Assembly: GCA_013152545.1 (NCBI GenBank)
Contig: JAADGF010000020.1
Span: 302-64,301, forward strand
Direction: 5' to 3'
DNA from: Gammaproteobacteria bacterium
GTDB lineage: Bacteria; Pseudomonadota; Gammaproteobacteria; SZUA-152
Length of the DNA stretch: 64,000 nucleotides
The position numbers and the translations under genes were made by a program. Below the pieces are notes generated by a model. That model saw only the letters and a program-made list of their open reading frames with translations. It was not told the DNA's origin and did no database searches. How positions within the stretch are numbered: the stretch's first letter is position 1; each line of letters opens with the position of its first letter. Below are positions 10,430 through 22,180 of the stretch, piece by piece.

Positions 10430-11302
10430 ATGTTATCAATTGAAGAAATAACCATGCTCTTTGAAACATCACCAATCTGGCTCGTGGTAGGGGCTATTTT
10501 TATCATCAATATCGTGATCACCATTATTGAGATGATTATTGACTATTTTTCTGATACTCCCCGGCTATGGAGCGATAGTGGTGCAAATATCATTATTTTT
10601 TTTATGGGGCAAATCATCGAAAAGGTTGCGACAGGTGTTATCGGAGTCGTTGCATTGCTGCCCTTTTATTACCTTGTACCATGGGAAATTCCGATGAATA
10701 TATGGACTTTTTTTTTAGCACTCCTTGCCGCTGATTTTACCTATTATTGGATGCACCGTATCGAGCATGAACATAGAGTTTTGTGGGCACTTCACAGTGT
10801 TCACCACTCATCACAGGATTACAATTTAACCATTGCTTTGAGGCTAAGCATTGTTGAGGGTTTTGTTGAGTGGGTATTTTTAATACCAATGATTCTCATC
10901 GGCTTTAACCCCTTTATGGTCATCATTGCGTTGATATTTGTAGTGCAGTATCAGACGTGGATTCATACCAACAAGATAAAAACAATGGGTTTTTTGGATC
11001 GGTGGTTTAACACGCCATCGGTACACCGTGTCCATCACGGTGCAAACCCTCAATACATTGATAAAAATTATGCCGGCATTTTACTTATTTGGGATCGAAT
11101 GTTTGGAACCTATGAACCTGAGAATGAAAAGGTGATATATGGATTAACTAAAAATATTCAGACCAATAACCCGATAAAAATCAACTTTATTGAGTTTGGC
11201 AATATCTGGCAGGATGTGAAGAAGTGCAAAAATATAAGAGATAAAATGAAAATTGTTTTCGGTGGCCTCACCTGGAAGCCAGAATATTTTGACACGCATT
11301 AA
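10430..11302 (+). CDS. fatty acid hydroxylase / sterol desaturase family membrane enzyme (di-iron, His-box)
   Basis: His boxes HRIEHEH, HSVHH and HRVHHG in a 4-TM protein. Confidence 0.8.
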   Translation: MLSIEEITMLFETSPIWLVVGAIFIINIVITIIEMIIDYFSDTPRLWSDSGANIIIFFMGQIIEKVATGVIGVVALLPFYYLVPWEIPMNIWTFFLALLAADFTYYWMHRIEHEHRVLWALHSVHHSSQDYNLTIALRLSIVEGFVEWVFLIPMILIGFNPFMVIIALIFVVQYQTWIHTNKIKTMGFLDRWFNTPSVHRVHHGANPQYIDKNYAGILLIWDRMFGTYEPENEKVIYGLTKNIQTNNPIKINFIEFGNIWQDVKKCKNIRDKMKIVFGGLTWKPEYFDTH

Positions 11303-11330
11303 AAACCGAAAAATATTTCAAAGAAACTAT

Positions 11331-12950
11331 ATGTACAAAGCGCTGTATCTTAAATACAAATGGTATCTGATCATTACGGTGCCCATGAGCATTCTATTGG
11401 GTATGGCAAGCATGAGTGTAATTGCAATTATCAGTGATGCCATCGGTAATCAGCTGGAGCAGATGAAGTATGGTGTTGAATATTTTTTTATCGCCATTGT
11501 TATTTTGTTTGTAGCGGGGTTGGTCAACGACTTGCTGGTCATCAAAATGTCTATCAACGTGAGCTACGATATTCAGGTGAAAATGATTCGCCGGGTGATT
11601 GCAACACCACTCGCCCAACTGGAGTATATCGGTTTACCCAAGGTGATTGCGACCTTGACGGAAGACCTGGAAACCGCAGAAAAATTCTTTCACCTGCTTC
11701 CCGTACTTATTGTCAATATTGCAATTGTAGTTTTCGGCATTGCCTACATGGCTTATCTATCGCTGGAGTTGCTGGGTATTGTGCTTGGCTTTTTTCTGCT
11801 CGGTTTTTTTACAATCGCCTGTTTACTTTGGTTTACAAAAAAAGATCGTGTTGCCATTCGAGAAACAACCGATGTCATGATGAGCTATTATCAACGGGTG
11901 GTGCTGGGCGCCAAGGAGCTAACACTCAACGAATTCCGCAAACATTTTTTTACTCGAAAAATATTTTCTACTTCGGATGAGATTCGCAACCGGAGTGGGC
12001 GGATTTTTAATTTACTTGCTGTGGTTGAGCAGTGGGCACAGCTTTTGGTGTTCACCATGTTAGGGGTTGTTATTTTTCTGGTTGGAAATTACATGTCGTT
12101 ATCCATGGAGGTTATTACGGGTTATGTGATTACCTTACTCTTTTTACTGGAACCCATTGAAGTGATCACTAATGGTTTCGATGAATTGATTGATGCAAAA
12201 GTAGCCTTTAATAAAATGGATAGTTTGCAGCTGAGTGACGTCGATGGATGGGACCAGATGCCCCCTCCAAAAATGTCAGATAATATAAATTCTTTTAGAG
12301 CAAAGCTGACGCTTGAATCTGCTGAATACGCCTATGCTTTAGGAACGAGTGATAAAACGGAGATGTTTTGTATTGGGCCAATCTCTACGCAATTTTTGCC
12401 GGGCGAAGTTACTCTGATTATCGGTGGAAATGGCAGTGGAAAGTCCACCCTGCTAAAAATGCTGTGCGGTTTATATCCACTGGATTCTGGCCGTATTTAT
12501 TTGAATAATGAGATAATTGAGCCTGACAATATAGAAATATTGCGCAAAAACTTCTCTATTATTACCGCTGATTTTTGTCTCTTCGAAGAGATTCTGGATG
12601 CAAATGGAAATTTATGTGATGACCAGATTATTCGAGCTCTTCTGGAAAAACTGAATCTCTCTGACCTGGTCACATCAACAAAAGGAGTGCTGTCTAACCT
12701 TGACTTAAGCCATGGGCAACGTAAGCGCTTAGCGCTGTTACAGGCTTATTGTGAAAGCAAACCTATCATACTGTTCGACGAGTGGGCTGCGGATCAGGAC
12801 CCACGATTCAAGAAAATTTTTTACCGGGAAATTTTACCCGCGCTGAAAAAACAGGAGAAAACCATTATTGTTGTTTCCCACGATAATCGCTATTTTGATT
12901 GCGCGGATAAGGTGCTGAAAATTGAACAGGGTAAGCGAGTGGCGTTTTGA
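11331..12950 (+). CDS. ABC exporter, fused permease-ATPase, cyclic-peptide export type (YojI/PvdE/SyrD-like)
   Basis: 6-TM N-terminal domain. Walker A GGNGSGKST, signature LSHGQRKRL, Walker B ILFDEWAADQD. The first ATG after the upstream stop is taken as the start. Confidence 0.65.
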   Translation: MYKALYLKYKWYLIITVPMSILLGMASMSVIAIISDAIGNQLEQMKYGVEYFFIAIVILFVAGLVNDLLVIKMSINVSYDIQVKMIRRVIATPLAQLEYIGLPKVIATLTEDLETAEKFFHLLPVLIVNIAIVVFGIAYMAYLSLELLGIVLGFFLLGFFTIACLLWFTKKDRVAIRETTDVMMSYYQRVVLGAKELTLNEFRKHFFTRKIFSTSDEIRNRSGRIFNLLAVVEQWAQLLVFTMLGVVIFLVGNYMSLSMEVITGYVITLLFLLEPIEVITNGFDELIDAKVAFNKMDSLQLSDVDGWDQMPPPKMSDNINSFRAKLTLESAEYAYALGTSDKTEMFCIGPISTQFLPGEVTLIIGGNGSGKSTLLKMLCGLYPLDSGRIYLNNEIIEPDNIEILRKNFSIITADFCLFEEILDANGNLCDDQIIRALLEKLNLSDLVTSTKGVLSNLDLSHGQRKRLALLQAYCESKPIILFDEWAADQDPRFKKIFYREILPALKKQEKTIIVVSHDNRYFDCADKVLKIEQGKRVAF

Positions 12951-13175
12951 TAGCCATCAATAATTGATCGTAAAAATTGGAAAAAATAAAAGTCTTAATT
13001 GTTGAGAATGACGTTGAGTTGACAGTCGCCATAAATGGAACACAACACCTCCCTGTCTTTAGTACAGGCAGATAAGCTGCCTTCAGATACTTCGGTGCAT
13101 GGATTTAAGCAGCATCCAGAGGGCATCAGCAAATCGATACCCTCACCACAAAGAAAGATATTGATTCTTTAAATG

Positions 13176-13874
13176 CTATTGCAACTGATTCTCATAGGGA
13201 TACTTTGGTATTGATATTGGAGGCCAGGGAGGTATTATTATTCCCGCTCTAAAATGACAAGTAGATAATTTTGCCTCATGAAGATAGACCGCCCAATAAG
13301 GAAAAGAGTGGGCCGCGTCAACATTAATGATAAAAGGAATAGTCGGTCCAGTATTTTTCTGCAATTGAGATGTCACATTCCAGCATTTTGTAAGAGTCTG
13401 CCCATTATTGCCTGGAAGCACGCCAATCGTGTTTTTTCCAAATTGAACCACATCTAACTCAGGGGTATAGGCGCCGTAGCTGGTGAAATCAACATCGCGA
13501 TATTTAACACATAAGAGTCCGTACCGCAGCTTGTGCTCCTGAAAACTGGGATCAACAAACCAACTATTAACATCGTCGTTGTACCATCGGTAGTTCTTTT
13601 TACCCAAATTCAGTGTTTGCTGTGTGCTTAAATCACACCCTGGCACTCTAGGAACAGGGATGAGAGATTCTTTAAAGTCATTCTCTATTCCTGCTATTTC
13701 TCCTTTCGTAACCGACATGTCACCACGCTTAACGGCACTATTGCTGGTAGAATCCTTAAAAACGGTTGCAGCGTCACCACCTGCAGCGTTTACTACACTC
13801 ATACTAATAAACGGCAATGAGGCACAAGCAAGACTACTCAATATAAAACTAAATTTAGTCATCAGGAATTTCAT
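13176..13874 (-). CDS. secreted Cys-containing hypothetical protein
   Basis: Signal peptide FSFILSSLACASLPFISMSVVNA. Six Cys and a Pro/Trp-rich C-terminus (IIPPWPPISIPKYPY). Confidence 0.45.
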   Translation of the reverse strand: MKFLMTKFSFILSSLACASLPFISMSVVNAAGGDAATVFKDSTSNSAVKRGDMSVTKGEIAGIENDFKESLIPVPRVPGCDLSTQQTLNLGKKNYRWYNDDVNSWFVDPSFQEHKLRYGLLCVKYRDVDFTSYGAYTPELDVVQFGKNTIGVLPGNNGQTLTKCWNVTSQLQKNTGPTIPFIINVDAAHSFPYWAVYLHEAKLSTCHFRAGIIIPPWPPISIPKYPYENQLQ

Positions 13875-14307
13875 CTCTTATGGCAGGGTCGTGAACTATA
13901 ATTGCGAGCATATGTTTTGTCAATTCAACAAAACTAAGGCTGTATCAAAAAAATCAATAACTAAAATGCTGATTTGCTTGAATGTAAATCAATTCCACCC
14001 TGTCTAGACCCATTATTTACTCTCCTCCGACACTCGACAACGTTATCTTGTTGAGAATTTCTTACATTAACCCCATGTTCTGAGTTTTTTATGAATTTCC
14101 GGTTTTTATTGGTTTTTTTGTAACGGTTCAGCAAGTTTTGAGCTTGTGTTCGGTCGCGACCGAAAAAGCATGCATTGATTCAGGGAAACGCCGTATTTTT
14201 TTCTTTTTCTCTAACCCACCAAAAGCAGGCTAATCAAAACCAAAAAACAATTTTAACCGTAACGGTCATGCTTAAAAATCGATGCTGAGCAACAACAACG
14301 CTCGTGA

Positions 14308-16698
14308 TCAAACGGACCATTTCCAATCACGAATTTCTGGTAGGTCCTGTCCATGTTTAACAATATAAGCGGTATGTTGGATCAATTTATCACGCATTTT
14401 CTGTTCTAGATAAGCCGCACTTGAACCAAGTGAGGGTACGCGATCAATCACATCCATCACCAAATGAAAGCGATCCATATCATTAAGTACTACCATATCA
14501 AATGGCGTTGTCGTAGTGCCCTCCTCCTTGTAACCTCGTACATGTAAATGATGATGGCACATGCGACGATAGGTCAGACGATGAATCAACCACGGGTAGC
14601 CGTGATAGGCAAATATCACTGGCGTGTTGGCGGGAAACAGTATATCGAAATCCTTGTCTGCCAGTCCGTGTGGGTGTTCACTCTGCGGTTGTAATGTCAT
14701 TAAATCCACGACGTTGATCACCCTGACTTTCAATTCGGGCAGATGTTGCCGCAACAAGCACACTGCGGCTAGGGTTTCTAGTGTTGGCACATCACCAGCG
14801 CAAGCCATCACAACATCTGGCCCCCCATCTTGATCGTTACTGGCCCAACCCCAGATACCAACACCCGTACTGCAATGTTTAATGGCGGCGTCCATGGAGA
14901 GCCATTGGAGTTGCGGTTGCTTACCGGCAACAATGACGTTAATGCGATTTTTTGAACGCAAGCAGGTGTTGCTGACATGCAATAAAGTATTAGCATCCGG
15001 TGGTAGATAGACGCGAATGATGTCTGCCTTTTTATTTACCACATGATCAATAAAACCCGGGTCTTGGTGAGAAAAACCATTGTGGTCCTGACGCCAAACA
15101 TGGGAGGTCAACAGATAGTTAAGCGACGCAATGGGCCGTCGCCAGGATATCTCTTTACCGGTTACTTTGAGCCACTTTGCGTGTTGGTTTACCATAGAGT
15201 CGACAATATGAATAAATGCCTCATAACATGACAATAGACCGTGTCGACCCGTGAGTAGGTAACCTTCCAACCAACCCTGACAAGTGTGTTCACTGAGAAT
15301 CTCCATCACACGGCCATCGCCGGAAAGGTGATCATCTTCCGGTAAAATCTCTGCCTGCCATGCCCGATTCGTAACCTCAAACAACGCACCGAGACGATTC
15401 GATGCTGTTTCATCAGGACCAAAGATACGAAAGTTTTTTGTTTCACTATTTAATTTCATAATGTCGCGCAAGAATTCACCCATCACGCGTGTTGCTTCGC
15501 CCACAATCTGTCCTGGCTGCATCACCTCCAATGCATAGTCACGAAAATCACACATGATCAGGTCTCTAAGCAGTCGACCACCGTTGGCGTGCGGAATCGC
15601 CCCCATGCGCCGCTCACCTTCGGGTGCCAATGCCGCAAGCTCGTCACGAAAAGTACCGTTGTGATCGAACAATTCTTCCGGCTTATAACTCTTCATCCAC
15701 CGCTCTAGCAATTCAATATGCTCAGGTTGGTTGGAGAGATTGCCAAACGGTACCTGATGAGAACGCCAATAGCCTTCAGTTTTTTTGCCATCAACCTGTT
15801 TCGGCCCGGTCCAACCCTTCGGTGAGCGTAATACAATCATCGGCCAGCGTGGTCGGGTTTTATTACCATGGACTCTCGCATTTTCCTGAATAATGTTGAT
15901 CTCGGCAGTAATCGTGTCTAACGTTGCCGCCATTTTCTGGTGCATGCGCTCAGGGTCCGAACCTTCAACAAAATAAGGCTTGTAACCATAACCGACAAAA
16001 AGTTTTTCTAACTCATCGTGGCTAATACGCGCCAGTACCGAGGGATTGGCAATTTTGTAGCCATTGAGATGCAGTATCGGTAACACGGCGCCATCGGTCG
16101 CAGGGTTAATGAATTTATTGGAATGCCAAGCGGTGGCCAACGGCCCTGTCTCCGCCTCACCATCACCCACGACACAAGCAGCGATCAAATCGGGATTATC
16201 AAACACCGCACCATACGCATGAGACAGCACATAACCGAGCTCACCACCTTCATGGATAGAGCCCGGCGTTTCCGGCGACACATGACTGGGAATACCGCCG
16301 GGAAAAGAGAATTGCTTGAATAGCTTTTTCATGCCCTCAGCATCCCGACTGATATTGGGGTAGAATTCGCTATAGGTTCCTTCGAGATAAGTATTTGCCA
16401 CTAAGCCCGGGCCACCATGGCCAGGCCCAGCGAGATAGATCACATTCAGATCCTCGCGTTTGATAACACGATTCAAATGAGCATAGATAAAATTCAGTCC
16501 TGGGGTGGTACCCCAATGACCAAGCAACCTTGGTTTGACATGTTCAAGCGTCAGCGGCTCTTTGAGTAACGCATTATCCAGCAAATAAATCTGCCCCACC
16601 GAAAGATAGTTTGCGGCACGCCAGTAGGCGTTGATCTGGGTCAGTTCGTTACTTGAAAGTGATTGCTCCATCACGTCAGTTTTGTTCGCCTTTTTCAT
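14308..16698 (-). CDS. xfp: xylulose-5-phosphate/fructose-6-phosphate phosphoketolase
   Basis: About 795 aa. Conserved N-terminus [26 protein letters not shown] and the TPP-binding region [11 protein letters not shown]. The start ATG (MKKANKTD) has a GGAAGG RBS and overlaps the ackA stop. Confidence 0.9.
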   Translation of the reverse strand: MKKANKTDVMEQSLSSNELTQINAYWRAANYLSVGQIYLLDNALLKEPLTLEHVKPRLLGHWGTTPGLNFIYAHLNRVIKREDLNVIYLAGPGHGGPGLVANTYLEGTYSEFYPNISRDAEGMKKLFKQFSFPGGIPSHVSPETPGSIHEGGELGYVLSHAYGAVFDNPDLIAACVVGDGEAETGPLATAWHSNKFINPATDGAVLPILHLNGYKIANPSVLARISHDELEKLFVGYGYKPYFVEGSDPERMHQKMAATLDTITAEINIIQENARVHGNKTRPRWPMIVLRSPKGWTGPKQVDGKKTEGYWRSHQVPFGNLSNQPEHIELLERWMKSYKPEELFDHNGTFRDELAALAPEGERRMGAIPHANGGRLLRDLIMCDFRDYALEVMQPGQIVGEATRVMGEFLRDIMKLNSETKNFRIFGPDETASNRLGALFEVTNRAWQAEILPEDDHLSGDGRVMEILSEHTCQGWLEGYLLTGRHGLLSCYEAFIHIVDSMVNQHAKWLKVTGKEISWRRPIASLNYLLTSHVWRQDHNGFSHQDPGFIDHVVNKKADIIRVYLPPDANTLLHVSNTCLRSKNRINVIVAGKQPQLQWLSMDAAIKHCSTGVGIWGWASNDQDGGPDVVMACAGDVPTLETLAAVCLLRQHLPELKVRVINVVDLMTLQPQSEHPHGLADKDFDILFPANTPVIFAYHGYPWLIHRLTYRRMCHHHLHVRGYKEEGTTTTPFDMVVLNDMDRFHLVMDVIDRVPSLGSSAAYLEQKMRDKLIQHTAYIVKHGQDLPEIRDWKWSV

Positions 16699-17845
16699 CA
16701 GAAACCCTTCCTTTTTTGAATACAGCAATTGCATCAAGCACCATCATCAGCGCTTCATTTACGGCTATCACCCAGACATCAACCTGGCTCGCCACAACAC
16801 TGATACGCGCCGCTTTGCCAGCAGCATGATGGCGGCGTCCAGCATCATGACATACCGTGTCATTACGTACAGGGTCCAGTTCCACACCCAACCATTCCAT
16901 GCCCTGGAGAATTTTCGTCCTCACCAAGGAGCTATTCTCACCCACACCACCGCCAAATAAAATGGCATCAGCCCCCCCTAACACCGCCAGATAAGCACCA
17001 ATGTATTTGCGCACCCGATAACAATAAAGATTGACTGCTAACACGGCTTGAGGATTGTCGGAATCCAGCAGTACGCGCATATCATTACTTTCACCGGATA
17101 TACCGAAAAGACCGCTCTGCTTATTCAATATGTCATCTAACGCCTCAACACTCATTCCCGTTTGTCGTTGCAAGTAAGTAACGACACCCGGGTCAAGATC
17201 GCCTGAACGAGTCGCCATCACCAAGCCTTCCAATGGTGAAAAACCCATCGATGTATCCACTGGCACACCGTGTTCTATTGCGGTAATGGAACACCCCGAG
17301 CCAAGCTGCACAGAAATAACCCGGCCACTCTGTTTCGCGTTTTGCTTCAGTCCCCACCAATGTTGCCACATTGCACGATGAGCAATACCATGAAACCCAT
17401 AACGACGAATACCATAGCGTTGGCATAACTCATGGGGCAATGCGTAGGTAGTCGCAACTTCTGGTAAGGAGCGGTAAAACGCTGTATCGAATACGGCCAC
17501 TTGAGGCACCTGTGCACCCAAAAGGCGACGCGCAACTCGAATCCATTCAAGTGCGGGCGGATTATGCAGTGGTGCCAGCGGAATTAACTGTTCGATCTGG
17601 GCTTCTATTCTGGCGTCAATTAAACTCGGCGTCGTTAACCCCGCACCACCATGAACCACTCGATGTACAATTAATGTAATTTCAGCAGCATCCACTAACG
17701 CGATAAAATCAGCTAATAGTAAATGATCGGGACTCCCTATGTCTTGATGGTGTGCTTCCGCCAGTTGCACCAAACCGTCATCATCGGATGCAAACAAACT
17801 CAAGCGCAGGGAGGAACTACCAGCATTGATTGTTAAAATTGTCAC
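16676..17845 (-). CDS. ackA: acetate kinase
   Basis: INAGSSS motif at the N-terminus, 389 aa, ASKHA fold. Confidence 0.9.
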   Translation of the reverse strand: MTILTINAGSSSLRLSLFASDDDGLVQLAEAHHQDIGSPDHLLLADFIALVDAAEITLIVHRVVHGGAGLTTPSLIDARIEAQIEQLIPLAPLHNPPALEWIRVARRLLGAQVPQVAVFDTAFYRSLPEVATTYALPHELCQRYGIRRYGFHGIAHRAMWQHWWGLKQNAKQSGRVISVQLGSGCSITAIEHGVPVDTSMGFSPLEGLVMATRSGDLDPGVVTYLQRQTGMSVEALDDILNKQSGLFGISGESNDMRVLLDSDNPQAVLAVNLYCYRVRKYIGAYLAVLGGADAILFGGGVGENSSLVRTKILQGMEWLGVELDPVRNDTVCHDAGRRHHAAGKAARISVVASQVDVWVIAVNEALMMVLDAIAVFKKGRVSDEKGEQN

Positions 17846-17876
17846 TCGACAACGCCCTAATGTCCGCTACGCTTCT

Positions 17877-18635
17877 TCAGTCCAGATCCAGTGGTTTTTT
17901 AGACAGTACTTTTTTACCAGTAAACATTGCGGAGACAAGCCCATTCTTTTCTCTTACTTCTGCCACAACAACAGCGGCTATGTGTAAAATTATCGCAATG
18001 AGCAGTGCATAAAAAGAGTATACATGCGTTGTGATGAAAGGCTTTCTAAATTGGCGCATTTCAGCATAGGCATCAGAATCCACATTCTCTTTGGAGCCAG
18101 GTTTTAAATTTTTAATGCGTTCATGTTCCTCACCGGAGCCTGTTACCCATTCTGCTATCTCATGGCCAAACGGCGGTAAATACAGATCGGTTCCCGCTAA
18201 AACCAACCCCGTTGTTGCTTGTGTTGTCAGCAACACAAACAGAAGTGCTACCATAAGTTTCGCAATGGGGTTATGCCCTAAATACGGTGGCGGCTGTCCT
18301 GTTTTTGCGCCAGCAATATATTCACTCACAGAACGCCAATAAGCTTTTCCAATTGGCAAAATCATCTTCCAGCGAACGTATTTATTGCCGATAAACCCCC
18401 ACAGCAAACGCCACATCAAGTTTAAAACAAACACATAACCGATATAAACATGAACCGTTTTTAGCAGCAATTTACCATCACTACTCACCCCTAATATTTT
18501 ATGGTTAAGTATGGTTGTTCCGACACCGATAAGACCTATAATACAAATCACGTTGATCCAATGAAACCAACGCGTAGTGCGATCCCAGACAGAATAATAT
18601 TTAAGCGTTTTATGTGACGACTCATTATCAGACAT
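17877..18635 (-). CDS. cytochrome b561 family (CybB/HupC-like di-heme b-type membrane cytochrome)
   Basis: WDRTTRWFHWINV motif and 4 TM helices with conserved His. 32 nt upstream of ackA on the same strand. Confidence 0.65.
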   Translation of the reverse strand: MSDNESSHKTLKYYSVWDRTTRWFHWINVICIIGLIGVGTTILNHKILGVSSDGKLLLKTVHVYIGYVFVLNLMWRLLWGFIGNKYVRWKMILPIGKAYWRSVSEYIAGAKTGQPPPYLGHNPIAKLMVALLFVLLTTQATTGLVLAGTDLYLPPFGHEIAEWVTGSGEEHERIKNLKPGSKENVDSDAYAEMRQFRKPFITTHVYSFYALLIAIILHIAAVVVAEVREKNGLVSAMFTGKKVLSKKPLDLD

Positions 18636-19103
18636 GCTTCTTTCCTTATATTTTACTCATCGTATGTTTTATTCATTGGAAAACAGGGGGTAAACCTATT
18701 ATTAAATAGAACGCGCACTTCTCTTTGAAAAAATCACTGTAACTCATTCGAAGTATAGACCCTCCAAGACACCATACATTAGAAACGTGCACGGTCCTAA
18801 TTACCTGAACCACTATTAATCTAGGGTCTTAAAAATGTAATTCGGTGTAATTAATTTTTAGATAAAAGCAAAAACACGCAGTATACTTCACAAAAACCCA
18901 TTCTGAATGAGAATCGTTAACCTAAACGTTAGGAGGGTTAAGGTAATAACCATTTTATACAGCACATAAGCAAGCACCATCTAAGAGTAAAAGAGTTAAA
19001 GTCAGATAACAATAGATAACAACAGAAAAGAAAAATAGAAAAGAACGAGGCTAAGCATCTTTGTTAAAGACAGCACTTAGGAATGGGCTTACGCAATGGC
19101 TCA

Positions 19104-21029
19104 TCAGAATAACTGAACGTTTTCCGGCGATTCCACATCAGCGGCGCTTTCCGCCACCGGTGCGTTGCCGGAGAACCCCTCCACTAATGATTCTAATTGC
19201 ACGGAATACTGTGACAGGTCACCATTATCGGAAATGTTCTTGCGCGCCAATTCAGACAAGGCGCGCACACTGTCGTGAATCTGTTGAATGTTATCGCGCA
19301 CTTCACTCGCCAGGGTGGACTGCTGTTCAGCAAACGCGGAAACCTGCACATTGCTTTCATTGATATCACCCACAGCACTGGTGATCACAGCAAAAGCCTC
19401 GCCAGCGGCGTAGGTGCGCTCCAAGTTGAGCGACGAGACTTCGGCACTACTGGCCATCAACGATACGGCCTCTTGATTACCAATGCGAATAGTATCCATA
19501 AGCTTGCGCACCTCATCTGTAGCCTCGGTGGTACGCTGCGAAAGAACCCGTACCTCATCAGCTACCACGGCAAAACCACGGCCATACTCACCAGCGCGAG
19601 CCGCCTCAATAGCAGCGTTAAGCGCGAGCAAATTAGTCTGTTCAGCGATAGTGACGATCATATCCAACACTTGCCCAACATCCTGTTGGTGCCCCGTAAG
19701 AACGATAATGCTCTGTTCCAAACGACTCACTTCCGCCTGCAAATTTTGCATACCGTTCACGGCACTCTCTACCACTATGCTACCTTCCGTCGCCTTGCGC
19801 TGCACCTCCCTTGCGGTATCACTGGCCTCGCAAATAGCTGTCCGCACTTGCTGGCTACTAGCGGCCATCTGTTCGACCGTATCGGTGAGTTGTGTAATGG
19901 AACCGACTTGTTCTTCGATGGAGTGGCTGGTAGCCTCTGTGATCTCCTGCGCACGTAAGCTACTTTGCGACAGGTTGGAGGCTACCATAAGCACCTGTTG
20001 TACCGTCTGATCCAGTTTGCGCGTGAAACGGTTAAAGGCGCGAGCAATCCTCACCATCTCATCGTGCCCTTCCTCGGACAAACTGACGCTAAGAGAGGTA
20101 CTACCATCAGCGACATGCTCCATGGCCTCGGTGATGCGCGACAAGCTGCGACAGATACTGCGTGCCATTAGCAGAGTCATGCTGACAAGCATTGTGATCA
20201 GCATCAAAGTGCCGGTAAAAAGAATTTGATTCTGACTGTCACGGGCCTGCTTAAAGGCAGCCCGGGTGCTCTGCACAAGCACGCTCTGATTTTGCAATGC
20301 CTGATGGATGCTATCGCTCAATTCGGCACGTAAGCCTTCTTTTTCATTCAGTCCCAAGCGACGCTTACCTTTCACCAAATGCTGAAAACTGGCAGCATAA
20401 GCATTAAGATTTCGCCATGTCTCATTGCGATCGGATAGACTCAGTTCAGCTTGCTTAGTGGCGTTGAGTAGTTGCGCATAAGCCTGATCATATTTGTCTG
20501 CATATTGGTTATCCAAACGCAGGAGAAAATCCTTTTCGTGACGACGCAACATGAGCAACTGCGCCAGCAGGCGATAATTATTAGTCGCCTGAAAAACCTC
20601 TTCAACCTGATGAGCCGCCATACGCAACGAACCACGCAACCCCTGGTTCTCATTCAGACCAATGTGCTGTACTAGGTCCTCCAACTCAGTAAACCGTAAA
20701 GCCATGGCATTAAGATCCCGGAAGATATTGTCGAGGGCAGTGGTGTCTAAACCGAGTTCAGCCATAATTCCATTCAGCTCGTGCAACTCTTTCAATACGG
20801 ATTGCTCCTCGTGGAAAAAAAAATCACGGGATTCCTGGCTGTGAGTCAGTAAGTAGTTTTGCTCTGCGGCGAGCATAGCCTGCATGTCGGCCTCCACGTC
20901 CATTAGTGTGGTAATACCAAGCTGCAAGAGATCGGAACGTTGCGTAGTATATTGCTGCAAAGCGAGTATAAACAAGGCGGTGATGGTAATGATCGCCGAG
21001 AGCAGGAACAGTCTGTGTTTAATGGTCAT
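19104..21029 (-). CDS. methyl-accepting chemotaxis protein with a periplasmic sensor domain (CHASE3-like motifs)
   Basis: Two TM helices flank a periplasmic domain of about 250 aa (NYLLTHSQE..., EKDFLLR). HAMP domain. Signalling domain [28 protein letters not shown]. Confidence 0.85.
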   Translation of the reverse strand: MTIKHRLFLLSAIITITALFILALQQYTTQRSDLLQLGITTLMDVEADMQAMLAAEQNYLLTHSQESRDFFFHEEQSVLKELHELNGIMAELGLDTTALDNIFRDLNAMALRFTELEDLVQHIGLNENQGLRGSLRMAAHQVEEVFQATNNYRLLAQLLMLRRHEKDFLLRLDNQYADKYDQAYAQLLNATKQAELSLSDRNETWRNLNAYAASFQHLVKGKRRLGLNEKEGLRAELSDSIHQALQNQSVLVQSTRAAFKQARDSQNQILFTGTLMLITMLVSMTLLMARSICRSLSRITEAMEHVADGSTSLSVSLSEEGHDEMVRIARAFNRFTRKLDQTVQQVLMVASNLSQSSLRAQEITEATSHSIEEQVGSITQLTDTVEQMAASSQQVRTAICEASDTAREVQRKATEGSIVVESAVNGMQNLQAEVSRLEQSIIVLTGHQQDVGQVLDMIVTIAEQTNLLALNAAIEAARAGEYGRGFAVVADEVRVLSQRTTEATDEVRKLMDTIRIGNQEAVSLMASSAEVSSLNLERTYAAGEAFAVITSAVGDINESNVQVSAFAEQQSTLASEVRDNIQQIHDSVRALSELARKNISDNGDLSQYSVQLESLVEGFSGNAPVAESAADVESPENVQLF

Positions 21030-21346
21030 GGTCAGTCTGACGAATTGTGTAACATGCAGCTATTAGCGGTTCTGAGAGGGCCGGCTTGAGGATTTTTTTA
21101 GCAAATATGACCGTGTGTCGAATCGAGCAACCCATTGGACTGGTTGTTTTTTTACCCACCTGCTCATACACCCCTACTTTTAACCGTATCGCCTGACAAC
21201 TGCGGTAATTAGTAATAAAATGGCAAGACCGATTACCGTTGCAGCCGTTTGCCAACCAACCAGGGGGCGCGCACAATCCAGCCTATCAGGTTGAAGCTAA
21301 TTTTTTTTGTTTTTCAACGAATTACACACTGCACTTTACCTCACAA

Positions 21347-22111
21347 CTAGTTTGTCGCTTGATTTGTCGCGCTGGAATCATCGCCATTCTCCAGTTTACG
21401 CCAGGTAAAGTGCTCATAAACACCAGACCAATACATGCCAAAACCAATGGCAAACAACAGTTCCTCGATTGGCATAAACCCAACCGTCACACCCGACAAT
21501 ACCTCCATATTCCAAACCCGGTCGATATAACCCGGCGCACTCCATTCCAGAGCCACCAAAAAAATCGCGTAATAGACCAAAAACAGTAAACCGCCAATCC
21601 ATGTTTTTTGCTTCAAGTCCGGTCGACAAAGTATCGTCGCCACCGCACCGGCAAACATGGCAATAATAGAGGGGTAAATTGGGTTCCAGGGAAAAAAATA
21701 AAGCGCTATAAATACAATAAACGGTGCTGCCAGCGCTTTGTAATGGTGCCGATGCAAAGCATGATGACGTACACAAGTATCAACAGTTTGAGGAATTTTT
21801 TGGCTCAACAAATTATAAAATACCGAACCGATTCCGCCAATGCCAAAGCAGAAAATCAGACTTTCGATATCAAAACCGGTATTCTCAGCCAGATCAAACA
21901 AACTCGGCGGCATCCAGTATTCCGGCACAAACAACGGCTCACTCAATCCGAACGGTGTAGTGAATAGACTCGCCCACAACATCGCCCGCCGTTGCGCAGG
22001 AAAGCACCAATAAACCAGCCCCCAGGGTATCAGAAATGCGCTCGACCAGAGTAACCAAACATATTGATCAGATAACATTTTTAGCGCTCTCCTTCTCCAC
22101 TCTTTTTTCAA
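21347..22111 (-). CDS. polytopic membrane protein, possibly lycopene-cyclase-domain (CrtYcd-like) family
   Basis: 7-8 TM helices and two PxEE-like motifs (SEPLF, PIEELLF). The family assignment is from memory only. Confidence 0.3.
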   Translation of the reverse strand: MKKEWRRRALKMLSDQYVWLLWSSAFLIPWGLVYWCFPAQRRAMLWASLFTTPFGLSEPLFVPEYWMPPSLFDLAENTGFDIESLIFCFGIGGIGSVFYNLLSQKIPQTVDTCVRHHALHRHHYKALAAPFIVFIALYFFPWNPIYPSIIAMFAGAVATILCRPDLKQKTWIGGLLFLVYYAIFLVALEWSAPGYIDRVWNMEVLSGVTVGFMPIEELLFAIGFGMYWSGVYEHFTWRKLENGDDSSATNQATN

Positions 22112-22180
22112 AATCCATCAGTCTGAAGCCAACACGCTGCCTGCCAATTGTTCTAACTTAATCATTGCCCTGGCGATAAA

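Noticed and set aside
19275-20229. Long plus-strand ORFs (227 aa, 175 aa, 70 aa) antisense to the chemoreceptor gene
   Set aside because: They lie entirely inside a well-supported minus-strand MCP CDS. They are shadow ORFs in a different frame with no motifs.
21608-21967. 119-aa and 78-aa plus-strand ORFs rich in Arg/Lys/Tyr
   Set aside because: They are antisense to the polytopic membrane protein gene, with no start context. The composition is typical of a reverse frame of a hydrophobic CDS.
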